A stretch of 64,000 nt of DNA from Paraspadella gotoi (GCA_051294375.1 CM119265.1:18130764-18194763), one strand, 5' to 3'; shown: positions 37,831 to 51,500, numbered from the stretch's first letter. Notes: a model not told the origin generated them from the letters alone. A program made the numbers and translations.

Positions 37831-40566
37831 TCACAAGTCGATTCCATTTCTCCTTAAGACGGAGCGAAGATCGTCTTCCCTGTCCTCGTCTCCAGCATTC
37901 TCCATCAAATCGACAACAACTTGCAACGATTTATGAGCCGTCGCTTCGTTGTTGTCACCAGAGGTCGAGAGAATGTCGTAGGTCATCCGGTCGGTGCTCT
38001 AAATTATACAAATTAAAGAAATGACTCGACGTAATGACGAGAAAAAGTTTAGAAAATTTATTTTGCACAACCTGTAGCAAGATAAGAAAATTGTGAAGGA
38101 AGCCCGAAGTGTGCATGCAACGGATTTTGCCCCAAGGGAATTCCTTGCGCCCTCTATAGATACCGACGTTGCTCACGACGTCCCAAGGAAAGGACGTGTC
38201 TTCCGCCGCCGCGAAAGCCGCTGTCGGACCCGTTTCCCATTCCTTCATCGCCTGAAAAACAAAAGAACAGTTGGATTCGGTTCCGGTCTGACTTCTGAAG
38301 CGATCTTTTATCGGTTCGATCGGATTTATTCACCTGGATGGTTAGAAGGTGCTGCTTTTCTTCAAACGCCTGGTCCAGTTGACGCTTCACTTCCCGAGCG
38401 TGGTCCCAAAGGTTCGTTGATAAGGCAACTTCGTTTTTAATGATTAACTGTGGATCAGGAATTTAACAATCTTTTGACGAGCCGCAATTACAGTTTAAAG
38501 AATTTAGCAGAATCTCACATCAATCACGTAGAACGCGCAGAGAGATCCGATGGGATTATTTAGTCGCGGCCGCATATCCACTGGGATTACTACGCGATCA
38601 CATTAAGTTCCGATATCCAATCATCGATGTTTTAAAGTAATCAATGTGAGGATACGTTATTACCTGTAAAGTGGTCTTTTATTCCATTAAATTCCTCCCC
38701 GACTTGCAGCGCTCTAAGTACGCAAACAGAAAAGTGGCGAGCGGCGATCGCTAAACTTCCCACTGTCACCTTTGTTTAAAAAAAAAAAGAAAACCATGAG
38801 GCGACAAAAAGAGCCATCTTTACAATTACCACCACCCAATCCGGTTCCCACCTTTTCCTTCCTGCAACGACTCTTCAACTTCTCCAGATTAGCCTCCGCT
38901 CCTTCGTGGAAGAAAGTCTTTGCCAGCGGCAAGTCGAGCGAATCGTTGGCGACGGCTTCGCTGACGTCAAATGGAATCGGGTCGCCGAGCGTCTTCGACA
39001 TTTCGATACGCGTTTCCGTCATTTTGTCGAGAATGGAATCGTGTCCGGAGAGAAATGATTCTTCGTCCGTCGACCCTCTCAAGTTTCAGAGGGAATTTAG
39101 TGTTTTATCGCGTTCAGTGAATTTGTCATGATTTTCAATATTAGTATTAACCTTAACGGCAGAGGTACTGGTATTACATCCACCCCTTTATCGAAATCCT
39201 CGTAAAATTCTAATATGTCAGACATCGCGTGCATCCCTGGGACATTGTAACAATACATTAAGTGATTAACTGTTAAATTCAAATTTAAAATGAAGCAATG
39301 GGAATCTGTACCGGATCTGCTATCCGCGACCGCGTGATGATAGGTGTTCATGACAACGTAGCCATTTGTCATTTTTATGAGAGTACATCTGTCACGAGAA
39401 AGAAAATAAGGGAGTGGACTTNNNNNNNNNNATAAAATTCAGCTCCTTGTATACTGATACTGGGCTGAGTACTTTATAGTATTTTCCGATCTAATACTTA
39501 AGCCTTAAGGGAGTAGTTTTGTCATACAATTGAAACATTTTTTGAAATGAAATTGAAATGAAATTGGTACAACCAATATTATACTACTTCATTGATAGGG
39601 AATCCAGGTACTCTGGGAGTGAATTAACGAGACTGTGAGAGAGTCTTGATTGAAAGCTTGCAGGGATCTGCAATGTCATTATCTTGTAAGAGTGATGGAT
39701 GCCATAAACCACCAAAGCCTGACCAAATTCAGTGGCAACATAACTTATTTATTAAATGAATGGATAACTTTTATATTGTTGTACCAATTTCATAACTAAA
39801 CAATAAAGATCATCCATTAAAATTTAGTCGGAAATCCTTTACTCACCTGTAAAGCGGCTTAAAAGAATCGTAATCCCACTCTTTGTTGGTCGCTTCCTCA
39901 ACCAAATCCCAAACTTCTTCCAAATTCCCGCCCACACTTTCATCCACATTTCCATCCACACATTCGTCTAAGCGTTCGTTGTTTTTTCCGTCTCCTGTGC
40001 CTCGGCCACGCCCACACCGCGATCGATCTAAGAAGCAGAAGACGTCATCAAAATCTTCGGCGGGAAGCCAACGAATTGGTGAAGAATGAAGATGGACGCG
40101 AGTGCGGAGGTGAGGCTGTTTGTAAATCGTCGCTCTAAGATCGGTGATGAAATATTTAGATTAAAAATAAAATAGTAGTAAAATACTGGAAATAAAGGAA
40201 CAAATATATAATTTGTTTCAAAAAAAAAAAGAATTAAACCAAGTTTGGCAATTGTTGAAGAAAAAGCAAAAAAAAAGCAACTTTCAAACCTGACAGATTT
40301 TTGAAAAGCGTCAACTTTAAATTCGAAATCCGGATTCGTCTCCAAATGAAAGTGAGTTTATGTGGAATCTCACGACCCTTCGGGACTATGTTATATTTCG
40401 TGTTAACAATAAATGTAAAAATGTATAAGATGGAAATTTGAACAGCTTGGTTTACTTACCTTGCATCGAGGGAATAGGTAGAAGAAATGTTTTTTCATAA
40501 TGTCCCAAAGGACGGTTGAGCCAAAGATTTTTATCTTTGGGGACCAAATCCCAGCCATGAACTCAT
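37831..40566 (-). CDS. Spliced CoA-dependent acyltransferase (condensation-domain / alcohol acetyltransferase / PapA5-like)
   Basis: About 11 short exons give motifs in the expected order: MSSW..RPLGHYEKTF, KQPHLRTRV, EEATNKEWDYDSFKPLYR, YHHAVADSRS|GMHAMSDILEFY (HHxxxD at 39322-39339), PVPLP, LKSRCRKEK|VTVGSLAIAA, PVDMRPRL, LWDHAREVKRQL, VVSNVG, ending GIDL-TGA. Confidence 0.8.
39558..39793. mobile_element. MITE with ~21-bp terminal inverted repeats; dispersed family
   Basis: ATGAAATTGGTACAACCAATA ... TATTGTTGTACCAATTTCAT. Related fragments at ~10075-10230, 16009-16080, 27680-27822, 29660-29800, 43915-44005, 47438-47525, 48971 and 57440-57695. Confidence 0.7.
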
Positions 40567-41431
40567 TTTTTCGCGGATAAGTATTAAATGATAGGATTTG
40601 TATTTGCAATTACACACGAAAAACTGATGGAAAAAATCTTTTTTAAAAAAATAAAGAATTTTTGGGACAGAAATAATAATTCGCGTAGCTAAATTTATCT
40701 ATCTTCTTTTATTTCACTTATGAAATATTAGGGACTTTTTTGATGAAAGTTTTTGTTTTTTATTTGTATTCATTTCTGATTTTTTTTATTTCTCGTTCTG
40801 ATTTAAGATTATTTCGTACGATAGGAAACCAGAAAAACAATACTGAAAAAAAAAAACCGGTAAAACTTGAAACTTGTTTGGATCTCCAAAAAAGCATTCT
40901 CAGCTGAAGTTATTCGTCATTCTTTAACTTTCAGAATAAGAAAAGACTAAGAGAGGTGAACAACCTCAGTTTTGTGACTTTAAACGCCAAATACTGCTAA
41001 ATATGTCGCGAACAAATAATTAATATTATTCTTATGACGGGTTTCGCTTTTCAGCCAGCATCGACGCTGTTGGAAACAGTGACACAGGATACGACGACAA
41101 AGACGACGAAAAAAGACGTCGACGATAATGAAACTACGACGACGATAATGAGGACGACGAACAAAAGAGGAACGTAACGACGATAACCATTTAACAAATG
41201 ACGAACAAGGAAACATTAGAAGAAAACAACTCGACGGGAAATACGCGGGAAATCTTTGAGATGCTCTCTCTCTCTCTGTCTCGCTCTCTCTCCTCGTCCT
41301 TCCTCTCTCCTCTCTCGCTCTCTCTCTCGCTCTCTTCTCTCTCTCGCTCTCTCGTCTCGCTCTCTGCTCTCGCTCTCTGCTCTCGCTCTCGGCTCCTCTT
41401 CTCTCTCTCTCATATTCACTAAGAGACTTAC

Positions 41432-42445
41432 CAACTGCTGAGATCGAGTATCGTCGCTCAATCCCCATTCGCCGCCGCCGCGCCGCGCCGCCGCCGCCGC
41501 TGCCGCCGCCGACGCCGCCGCCGCGCATATGACGCCGGTTTCCTCTGATGCCGGCACCAACGTCTTCATTAATGTAATCGAGAGACGCCCTTGAGATTAA
41601 ATATTGGCTTAGTGAAGTTTATGATTGAAAAGGCAAAACACACAGCAAGCAATCAATCATTACAGAGCAAACTAGCAAGCTTGCCAGTTGCCACTGGTTT
41701 TTTAATCTGTCCTTAAATTTGCTCGCTCCAGCGAACTCCCTGTGATTTCGATATCTTTTTTTTCCTTTATTTTACGCTCACGCCATTTTACCACGAGATT
41801 ACGGAGTTGGTTGTACTGATCAGGAGAAGATTGGAATATAACAGACTTTCCAGCTGTTACCGATTTTACATCGGAAAATTGAAAAAAACGGAAGCGAACC
41901 CAAAAAAAGAATTACAAAGAGAAACGTCGATAACTTTTTGTATTTCTCGAGCGCCGAGAAGAAAGCCCGGAAAGAAAATGACGGTTAGTGGATGTGAGAT
42001 AATAGGAAAAAAAAGGAAAGTATCTGCCGTGAATTGATTACGGATGCTAAAGAAAAAGTCGATATTTTGGCGAGAATCTAAAGAAGAAAAAAAAAACTCG
42101 TCTCGAGATTAAAGCAAAAAAAAAAAAAAAAAAAGAGATGAAATTGACAACAAAAAGAAAGAAAAGAAAGAAAAAACTAAAAAAAGAAATCCCCCCCCCC
42201 TCAATCGATAGAATCTTGCGAGAGTAGTAACCTTGGCTGCGTCGTTGACGGCGTCATCGTCGTCATCGTCGTCATCATTGTCCCGCTTCCTTTATCCCCA
42301 TCTGTGCCCTTTCTCTCTTCGCCACCGACGCTCCTCTCCCCCACAGTGATCCGCCTCTCTCCCACAGTGATCCGCCTCTCTCCCACACTGAACTTCCACG
42401 TCGCGCTCGGCGGAAGGAAGTTCGGATTGAAGGAGAGAGACGCCA
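41432..42445 (-). CDS. Putative small spliced gene of unknown function
   Basis: MASLSFNPNFLPPSATWKFS(VGERRIT)n..., an exon LESLLSFQSPPDQYNQLRNLV|gtaa (from the 59630-59700 copy), and a Gly-rich exon ...SDDTRSQQL|gtaag. Confidence 0.35.
42333..42390. repeat. 21-bp tandem repeat, ~2.7 copies
   Basis: CTCTCCCACAGTGATCCGCCT units; in frame as VGERRIT on the minus strand. Confidence 0.8.
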
Positions 42446-42982
42446 TTTTCGTCGTCGCGCGAATCGCTCTTTTCGTTCGTCGGTTCCTCGTTCCTTCGTT
42501 CGTACATTCATCCGTTCTTTCGTTCGTTCGCGCCACGTACGAAGAAAATGAGAAACGACGCTTTGTAAAAGACGAGATTAAAGAAAGTTTTTTTTTTTTG
42601 TGATCGTTGAACGCGAACAATAAGCATAATGATGATATCCTTTTGTTTCAAATAAGAAAACTAAACATAAAAATGAAAAAGGAAAAAATAAAGGAACAAA
42701 ATTAATATAAAATAATAAAAATTATAATGCTTCTTTTGTGAATCTTTTAATCGCATAATTAACCAATTAATCATCAATCAATCATCCTCGAAATAATTAT
42801 TTAATAATTAAACTTATAATACTTTAAAAAAATGAAATTGGGTTTTGCGAGTCACGGGCAGACGCTTCTGAGATCGAGTCGCGATTCAATTCCTAGTCCG
42901 GATGTGACGGAGACCCGGATTACAGAAAAGGAGATCCGGGTTTTCGTAAAATCCGGTTGGTTATTAAAATTTAAAGTCAGTA

Positions 42983-43852
42983 CAGATCTGATTGATAGCC
43001 AAGACAATATCTTTCATTTGAGCCCATGACGAGTTTTTAGGCTAAATAATATAGAAGTCTGTGCTAAAATCAAAAAAGGATTAAAATTTTGTCTTACAAT
43101 TCCTTTTTTTTTTTTGCATCTTTCTTTTTTATTTTTTTTGTTTTTTTACTCATGGAAACTTCAAAAAGCTAAACCCACAAAGAAAACTGCAATTGTTGAG
43201 CTTTGGAGCGGGTTTATCAAGATATAAGATCGCCAAACAGTTTCATTCTCTCCTACAGATTCTACAGAGTTTGTCAACAAATTTGAAGCATACTGAGATC
43301 TTGGACGAGCTGTTGAAAGCATGCGGCCTTTGCATGTCCACGGAGAGCAAGGACAATGACCAGGAAAGTCTCGCAATTCAAGACCGTAAGGCTTTTGCAA
43401 ACCAGTTGAGAAAAAATGGAGAGAAAAGCAATTATCACCAGACATTTAACAGTGAATTCGGCGGCTTTTTCATGAGAATGGAACTCCTGGATACAAAGCA
43501 AAGCCCCCCAAAAAAATTTCATAGGAAAACAGGATCGAGTGTGCTCGAAGGTTGTCCCGGAAACCTGCAACATCATCGAAAATTTATGGTCATGGATAAA
43601 AAAAGGACATTTGCAGTACAACGCCATGACAGTCGACCAAATTAAGAAAATTTAAAACACATTTGGGGAGCTGAACCTTTATATTTGCCAGCCTCTAACG
43701 ACTCTCTCCCTTCGTCGCATGGAAGCGGTGCCTTCAAGCAAATGTAGTTCCGACAATGTATTAACTAACTGATACCTAACAAGTATTATTTTCCTTCAAA
43801 TAACGAAATAAAATGCTTTTATCATAACTATTAGACTTTTTGACCATATCTG
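42983..43852 (+). mobile_element. Degenerate Tc1/mariner element with transposase pseudogene (~43152-43763)
   Basis: N-terminal HTH-like KTAIVELWKAGLSRYKIAKQF; C-terminal IENLWSWIKK and DSLPRRMEAV..ANGSPTMY* (combined from both copies); TA|CAGAT...ATCTG|TA ends; internal deletions and frameshifts. Confidence 0.85.
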
Positions 43853-44485
43853 TATTGGGATTGAAAGGATAAAAACCATAAAGGGGTTTTCAGTCATCTA
43901 CGTAAAAATTATGCATTCATTCTGCCCCTGACTTTTGACAGGCTTTGGTGGTTTAAGGCCTCCATCACTCTTACAAGATGATAACATAGCAGGGACCCTG
44001 CAAGCGGGAATATAACTTATTGTAAAACTTCTTCCAGGTAATAAAAATTGACTTTACTGACCGTTTATTTTCACTGTCAATTGTAATCTTTGAACGTTTG
44101 TTTTTCCCAAAAAATCTAGGAAATACTCGTCACTAGTTAAAACTCAATATAAGTTATCATTTTGGATTGGCTCTCTGTATTCCGTTCGCACAAAATTTCC
44201 ACTTTGTTTGACATCAGCGGCTGACGAGCAGTTTGTTGGGAAAATCGGAACATTCATTCTTTGGTTATCACTGAAAAAAATCCCGAGTGGAAAATAATTA
44301 ATATTTGATTATGACCTAAAAGCAAAAAAAAGTAAACTCTAACGAGGAGAAAATTAGGATTGTCAGAATGCAGATCGGAATGTTAGTTGTTGTTGTTATA
44401 AAACTGAAAAAAATTCGACATGACTTCGATTGGAATTCTTTTGACTTAGTTCAATCAATTTTTCAATATCCCTTATTGATAGGAG

Positions 44486-44522
<37 letters not shown>

Positions 44523-44845
44523 AGAGAGAAGAGAGAGAGATGAGAGAGAGAATAGTAAATATATTAAACACCCGACAAGCGTCGGCTTATTCGGAACGAC
44601 GACGCAATACTGTCCACTTTGTTTGTCGGTCTCCTTGCCAATATTAAATTGAATATTTAACCGCCAGGGGGTTTCCTTCGCAACAACAAAAGCGAATCTG
44701 GTTGCACTCTGACGAGAGAGAATTTGTTTGCGCTCGTCACACGATCTGCAAACGAAACAGAATGTTCAGTCAGTCACGATGACCATCCTCTCACTTTGTT
44801 TACATTCTGTCCGGTTTTTTTATGTTACGTTGCTCTGAGAGGCAT

Positions 44846-44901
<56 letters not shown>

Positions 44902-45447
44902 CTCTTCTTCTCCTCTCTCTCTCTCTCTCTCCTCTCTCTTCCCTCGCGCTTTTTTCATCCTTTTTTAAAACAATCTCTTTATCTTTCAGGTTTCCGAGTA
45001 TTTAATAAAGGTTCAATTACGCGAAGGGTAGATCAAATCGATGCCATGAAGCTCAGATAAAATGAGTTGAAGTCGTTATTGTTTTTCTTTACCATTTTGG
45101 CATTTAAACTTCAACCCGACTACAAATTTGAGATACATCTAAGCAAAATTTATTATACATCTAGATTCATTATGCCTGAAAAGTACCGACGATTCAATCA
45201 TTCAAACGCTCTTCATAAGTTTTGTTAAATAATTCAGTACGAAAGTCGCATCTTAACTGGCCCTCTTCCCAAAAAAAGAAAAAAACTCGCTGTCTTTTTT
45301 TTATATCAAATTACCTTTCCTCAAAAATTTTTTGCCAATATAAAAGTTTATATATAACAAAGAATCACAGACGGTTCGCGACGTTCGCATGGTTTTTTCC
45401 TCGCAAGAAACCATAAAAGCTAAGATTGCGATATTCTCTCTCTCTCT

Positions 45448-45479
<32 letters not shown>

Positions 45480-45892
45480 TCTCTTCTCTTCGTCTCTCTT
45501 CTCCTCTTCTCTTTCTTTCTCTTTTTTTTCCAAGGCCGTGAACCAACCCGTGACGCTAACCATCCTATAAAAAAATATGATTAGCTTCTTGCCTCTTCTT
45601 CCTCCGGTTTTTTCCGCTTTTCATTAGTTGGAATCCAGTCTTTTTGATAGATAGTTCCATCGGCGCGCAAACATTCAACCTCCTTTTTATCTTTTTGTTT
45701 ACATTATCATGGCATCTATTTTACATTACAGTAAAAGGAAAGACTTAAATTGTCTTCATATGCAGTTTTATTTTGTTTTTATTTCTTTATCTTTTCTATT
45801 TACCTCTCAATTTCTTTTTTTGTTTCCTTTTTTTCTTCTTTTCCTCTTCTCCTCATTTCCCGCACTCAGTCGCCCTCTCACTTATTTCCATC

Positions 45893-45943
45893 GAAAACGG
45901 AGCGACGTTTCTTTGGCCGCGACCTCTCTCTCTCTCTCTCTCC

Positions 45944-45982
<39 letters not shown>

Positions 45983-46014
45983 TCTCACTCTCTCTCTTCT
46001 CTCTCTCTCTCCTT

Positions 46015-46053
<39 letters not shown>

Positions 46054-46177
46054 ACTCTCTTCTCTCTCTCTCTTCCTCTTCTCTCTTTTTCCCGCTCCAG
46101 CCTTTTAATTTTTATATTTTAAAACGGAGCGAACGTTTCTTTGGCCGCCGACCTCTCTCTCTCTCTCTCCACTTCTC

Positions 46178-46211
<34 letters not shown>

Positions 46212-46269
46212 CCCGCTCCAGCCTTTTAATTTTAATTTTAAAACGGAGCGACGTTTCTTTGGCCAGCCG

Positions 46270-46308
<39 letters not shown>

Positions 46309-46368
46309 CCCGCTCCAGCCTTTTTAATTTTAATTTTAAAACGGAGCGACGTTTCTTTGGCCGCCGAC

Positions 46369-46440
<72 letters not shown>

Positions 46441-46722
46441 TTTCCCGGCTCCAGCTTTAATTTTAATTTTAAAACGGAGCGACGTTTCTTTGGCAGCCGA
46501 TCTCTCTCTCTCTCTCTCCTCTCCTCTCTCTCTCTCTTCTCTCATCTTCTCTCCTCTCTCTCTCTCTCTCCTTTCTTTCCCTTTTCCCGCTCCAGCCTTT
46601 AAATTTTAATTTTAAAATGGAGCGACGTTTCTTTGGCCGCCGACCTCTCCTCTCTCCTCTTTTCCCCGCTCCAGCCTTTTAATTTTAATTTAAAAACGGA
46701 GCGACGTTTCTTTGGCCGCCGA

Positions 46723-46762
<40 letters not shown>

Positions 46763-46868
46763 ATCCTCATCTCTCTCTCTCTCTCTCTCTTTTTCCCCGC
46801 TCCAGCCTTTTAATTTTAATTTTTTAAAACGGAAGCGACGTTTTTTTGGCCGCCGACCTCTCCTCTCT

Positions 46869-46900
<32 letters not shown>

Positions 46901-47018
46901 TCTCACTCTCTCTCCTCCTCTCCTCCCTCCTCTTCTCTCTCTTATCTGTTTTCCCCGCCCAGCTTTTAATTTTAATTTTAAAACGGAGCGACGTTTCTTT
47001 GGCCCCGCCGCTCGCTCT

Positions 47019-47058
<40 letters not shown>

Positions 47059-47135
47059 GCGTCTCAGCTCTCTCTCTCCTTTCTCTCTCATCTCTTCTCC
47101 TCTCTCCTTCCCTCTCGCTCCAGCCTTTTTAATTT
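45893..47135. repeat. Composite minisatellite: constant ~60-bp unit plus variable-length (CT)n, ~9 units
   Basis: AAAACGGAGCGACGTTTCTTTGGCCGCCGACC-(CT)n-TTTTCCCGCTCCAGCCTTTTAATTTTAATTTT repeated. Confidence 0.9.
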
Positions 47136-48049
47136 TATTGTTCCAGCAAGACTCGTTCTCGTTTCTCCGCCACTCCTTTCCATCTATTTTCCATCTTTCT
47201 TGATCACGCATCTCCGATCAACGCCATTTTTCTATATCTGGCTTTTTTGTTTTTCCGAGCCCATCTTCACGTCAAGAGGGCAATTAAATAACCGGGTCGG
47301 CGCCGTCGCCTTTCCTTCGTTAGTCGAACGCATGAAATTACAATTATTCGTTGTCGTACGCGGCGCCAAAAAGAGGTTAGAAAGGTTCCCTTAGTAATGT
47401 AACTGTTCGATTGCATATATTTATCATATCTCCTTTTATGAAATTGGTACAACAATATAAAAAAGATTTATTCATAGATTTAATAACTAAGGCTATCTCC
47501 CGCCCTTGATTTGGACAGGACTATGCCTATGGCGTAGACAGCCACGGTTTCGAACCTGGGACATTAATAAGAATAAGATGCAAGACCCACAATTAAAGAT
47601 AGCATTATTCTTTTTATCTTTACTAAAAAGTTCACATTTGGAATATTTTCAGCGCCAGCTTCGATGATTTTACTGGCTGCGAATTGGTCACGTGAAATTA
47701 AACGTCTCGATCTCACCCTCGAAGACCGGGCAACTGAGTCACTGATTATGAATTCATAAAATGGTTTCGATCGGATCACATTACACATCTTGGAATCATT
47801 GTTTTCAAATGTCTAATCGAGGCTGAGCCCGCGTCAATCTACGAGTAATTTTTCTCCTTTGTATCTTTTATATTTCAGTAATACGAAGTCCTGACCGCTT
47901 CCCATGACTGATTCCCGCTTTTCTCTAGTCGTTCTCCCTGAAATTCCTTTCCGAAATTTCTTTTATACTCTTTTATTTTTCACCATGTCGCGCTTACTTA
48001 CTCAAATAATCAATAAAAATTCCAAACTTTCTTTCCCCGCATCGTGAGG

Positions 48050-48508
48050 CGCCGGACCCATGACCCCCACGTCGATTCTCCCAATTCTCACTTTTCATCG
48101 CCACTGAAGTGATTCAACTTATCTCGCGATCCCTTCTCCTCCCAAACCTCCTTCGCCATCGTCGACGACGCTTTAAAGCTCTCCGCCGCAATTTGGCCCC
48201 GCGCGTGGGCCTCCTACGGCGGCGCCAACAAACCGGCTCGTTGTCGGTCTTCGTCGTCGGCGTCCGGGAATCCTGCAGCCGGCGCTGCGGGCGCCTTCCC
48301 CGCCACGATGCCGTGACGAGAGCCCCCGGGGGACGCGGAAAACCGCGCGTCGAAAGCAAGCGAGGCGATGACGAAGAACGTACGATCGACGGAACGGTTG
48401 ACTGACGCTGTTGACGAAGACGACGTTGACAGAAACGACGACGAAGGCGTGTCCTCGCTCTTCCCGTCTGACCCGCGACTTCCGCTGTATTATCCCGGCG
48501 CCCTTACG
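48050..48508 (+). CDS. Possible coding exon, unknown product
   Basis: GC-rich block ending ...DDEGVSSLFPSDPRLPLYYPGALT followed by GTAA; frame disrupted. Confidence 0.3.
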
Positions 48509-51500
48509 CGTAAAGCTCAAAAGGCGAAAAGGGTTCAAAAAAAAATAAAAAGAAATTGAAAAAAAAAGAGAGAGAATTAAATAGAAAAGGAAAAAAAGGA
48601 AAGTGGCGAACGATAAATCCCGCAATACTTTCTTCTAATCAAGATTCAATCGCATTAAAAAAAAAAGGAGAAGAAAAGACCTCGCGGTCATTCGATTGGA
48701 AAATTAATGACGCCCAACCGAGATTGCCAATTAAACATTTTTTTTTTTCAAATCATTTTTTTTTTTTTTTAACAGACGATACGCGATTGACCAAATCACA
48801 ACTAGGCTCGAGACAGCGTTTCTGTCTATTTATTTTCCGGAACAGATTTCTTTGATCATATATTTAATTGGAATCAAATGTGCGATCGGTTTACAAAGTA
48901 TTTAATCGAGAATTTTTTGTAAGTATTATGTGCCAAATTAATTATTAAATTTATTCGTTTAAAATAACTTATGAAATTGGGGTAACAACCAAATAAAATT
49001 AAACCCCATTAACAATAATGATTTTAAACCACAGAAAAAACCATCGAACAAAATCTCTTCTCTCTCTCTTCTCTCTCTCTCTCTTCTCCACTCACTCATC
49101 CTCTCATCGTCTCGATCTCCACACCTCTTCTACTCAATCCTACCTCTTTCCTTCTCTCTCTCTCATCTCTCTCTCTCTCATTCTCCTCTACTCATTCATC
49201 TCTCTCCGCTCCGCCGTTAGATTCTCTCTCATACTCTTTCTCTCTCTCTCTCTCCTCTCTTCCTCCTCCTCTCTCTCTCAATCTCTCTCTCCTCTCTCTC
49301 CTCTTCTCACTCCCTCCTTCTCTCTCTTCCCTTGTTCCTTCCTCTCTCCCTCTCTCCTCTCAATTCGCCTGACGGCCATTGACTTGCATACACAATTCAA
49401 TACGCTACGCACAACGCTGATTCTATTTCACTTTTTGTTAATTTACACGTTTTCCCCGCTCAGAAGAAGATTAAGTCTAGTCTCGATCAGCGTAAGGAAA
49501 ACAACAACCCCAAGGCGAAGCGCATTAGAGGCGCACGCCTTTTTAAAAGCTTCGATTGGACCGTCGACCGCCCGCTCGGCCGCATAGGGCCTCGAGAGCA
49601 GCTCTTTCCATCTACATTTCTAATCGTAATGTGACGCCGTTCATATCGCTCCTCCGATAAGGACGGAACCCTTTTGGCCCTTCTTATAAACAGTTCAAAC
49701 GAGGGTACATAGTAACGCGTACACGCAAAAAATGGTTGTCGCAAGTAGAAAAATGCTATTGGGAAGGCCTCGCCAACGACAACACACCATCGAAAACCAC
49801 CCCGTCTCCGCTTCCGTTGGAAACTCACGTTTCCAAATCTCGAAAGAATGCAAAACAAGGCGTTGACGTTAGCCGCCCGGGCGCACTACGTCATCAAAAC
49901 CGGCGGCGCCGTTTTTCAGCGCCGCGACATTAAAAACGCACGGCGAAGGAGTTTTAACCAGAAATTCGAACGTTCCGATTCGTCGCCGTCGTCCGTAAGA
50001 GTGACAGCCAAAGCCCGAGAGAAGGAAACTGACGCCGGAAATAGATTAAAAAGTGGCGAAGGAAAAAAATGCGCCCGAACCTAACAGTCAAATGACGCCA
50101 TCACGAGCGGAGAGATGACGAATTCTCATATAAGTTTTCGTTTGCCAAGGCACGAGTAAAACCCGGGAGAGAAATAGCTCGCAAAAAAGTGAACTAATAT
50201 TTATTTAATTTAACCGGTGAGCGCCGCTTTTTTGAAAAGATGTTCGGAAATAAATGAATGAAATCATTAAAGGGAATTTTCGTTATCATGCGCCATATGT
50301 TCATGAAATCATTCAAGCGACGTCCGAAAAGCCGTGATTGCCCTATTCGATAACATTGCCTAAATTTAAAAAAACCACAACAAATATTCCGCCATTATCG
50401 AAAAATAATAAAAATGCAGTCTTTCCTCGGAGGAATTACACAACTTTTCGTGACAATGAAAAAAGATTTCGCACATATATAAGAGATAACTTTTTTGTCA
50501 AATGAGATTTTTTTTCTCGCGTCCTTCCATCAACACGCCTTTTTTTTTTTAACAATCCATTTCTAAATGGGTTTTCCCTAGTCCGTATCCTCCACAGACT
50601 GTGACATCCACGTTCACGAAAGAAAGTGTATTGGGCAAACAATTGATCGTTCATTGGCGAGATGAAAAAATTGCTCAACAATGTTCCGTTTTTTTTTGAT
50701 CTGTTTTTTTTTTTTTATTTTTTTTTTTTAGATTACGGATCTGTTGAGGTTTTCAAGAAGAAAAGAATTATTTTGAACCTTATGAATAATCCTCGGGAGA
50801 AGACGTTTACAAAATGGTTTTTTCTTTCTACAACGACTTTTAATAGTAGAAACATTAAAACGTCTCACACCATACTCAATCCACAACCGAATAGAAAGGA
50901 AAAATTTCCATAGTCTAACTTATGATTATCAAATCAGGAGAAAAACGATGTATTTGTTTTGGCAACGAATAAGTAAGTAAGACATTAAGAGCAGACATAA
51001 TTTGACTCGAATATCTTTACAAACCAACTATCATTTTCCACACCAGCTCCGGTTGGTATAGTTCGTGAACCAACCTCAACCATAAATCCAATCAACCTAA
51101 CCCAACTTAACCCTACTCAACGTTCTCCACCACCGCATATGGGAAAGCGCATCATGCGCAGAATAATCGAAGACTGTCGCGCCTCTGACTCAGAACCCCG
51201 GATCTCGCGAAACATTAGACGAAGCTACGACGACATAACAAAACTAACGCAAATTTAATATATATTTTTCCTGTTTTAAAAAGTTGTAAACTTGTTCATG
51301 TTTCTTTTCAACTTAAGAATTATGTTTTTTGCTTTCTGTTTTTTTTTTTTTTTTTTGCAAATTACAATATAAATAAGTAATGATAAGAGAAAAGAACGAC
51401 GTTGGCTGGGAAAATAAGAGATTGTTTTAAGACACAGCCTTTGGATCTTTTCCTAAATCGCAAGAACAATTGAAAATTGGCGACGGAGAACGACGACGTT

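Larger units (their letters stand above)
19050..38602. repeat. ~9.8 kb-arm inverted duplication centred on the N gap 28882-28905
   Basis: 19050-28881 is the reverse complement of 28906-38602 throughout, e.g. gtgtgatcgcgtagtaatcc vs ggattactacgcgatcacat. Confidence 0.95.

Noticed and set aside
45893-47135. CRISPR-like repeat/spacer appearance
   Set aside because: The spacers are (CT)n tracts of very variable length, there are no cas genes, and the context is eukaryotic
45709-47394. Ser/Leu-rich and Glu/Arg-rich ORFs
   Set aside because: Translations of (CT)n/(GA)n tracts; the same holds for 40980-41569, 44724-45005 and 49018-49587
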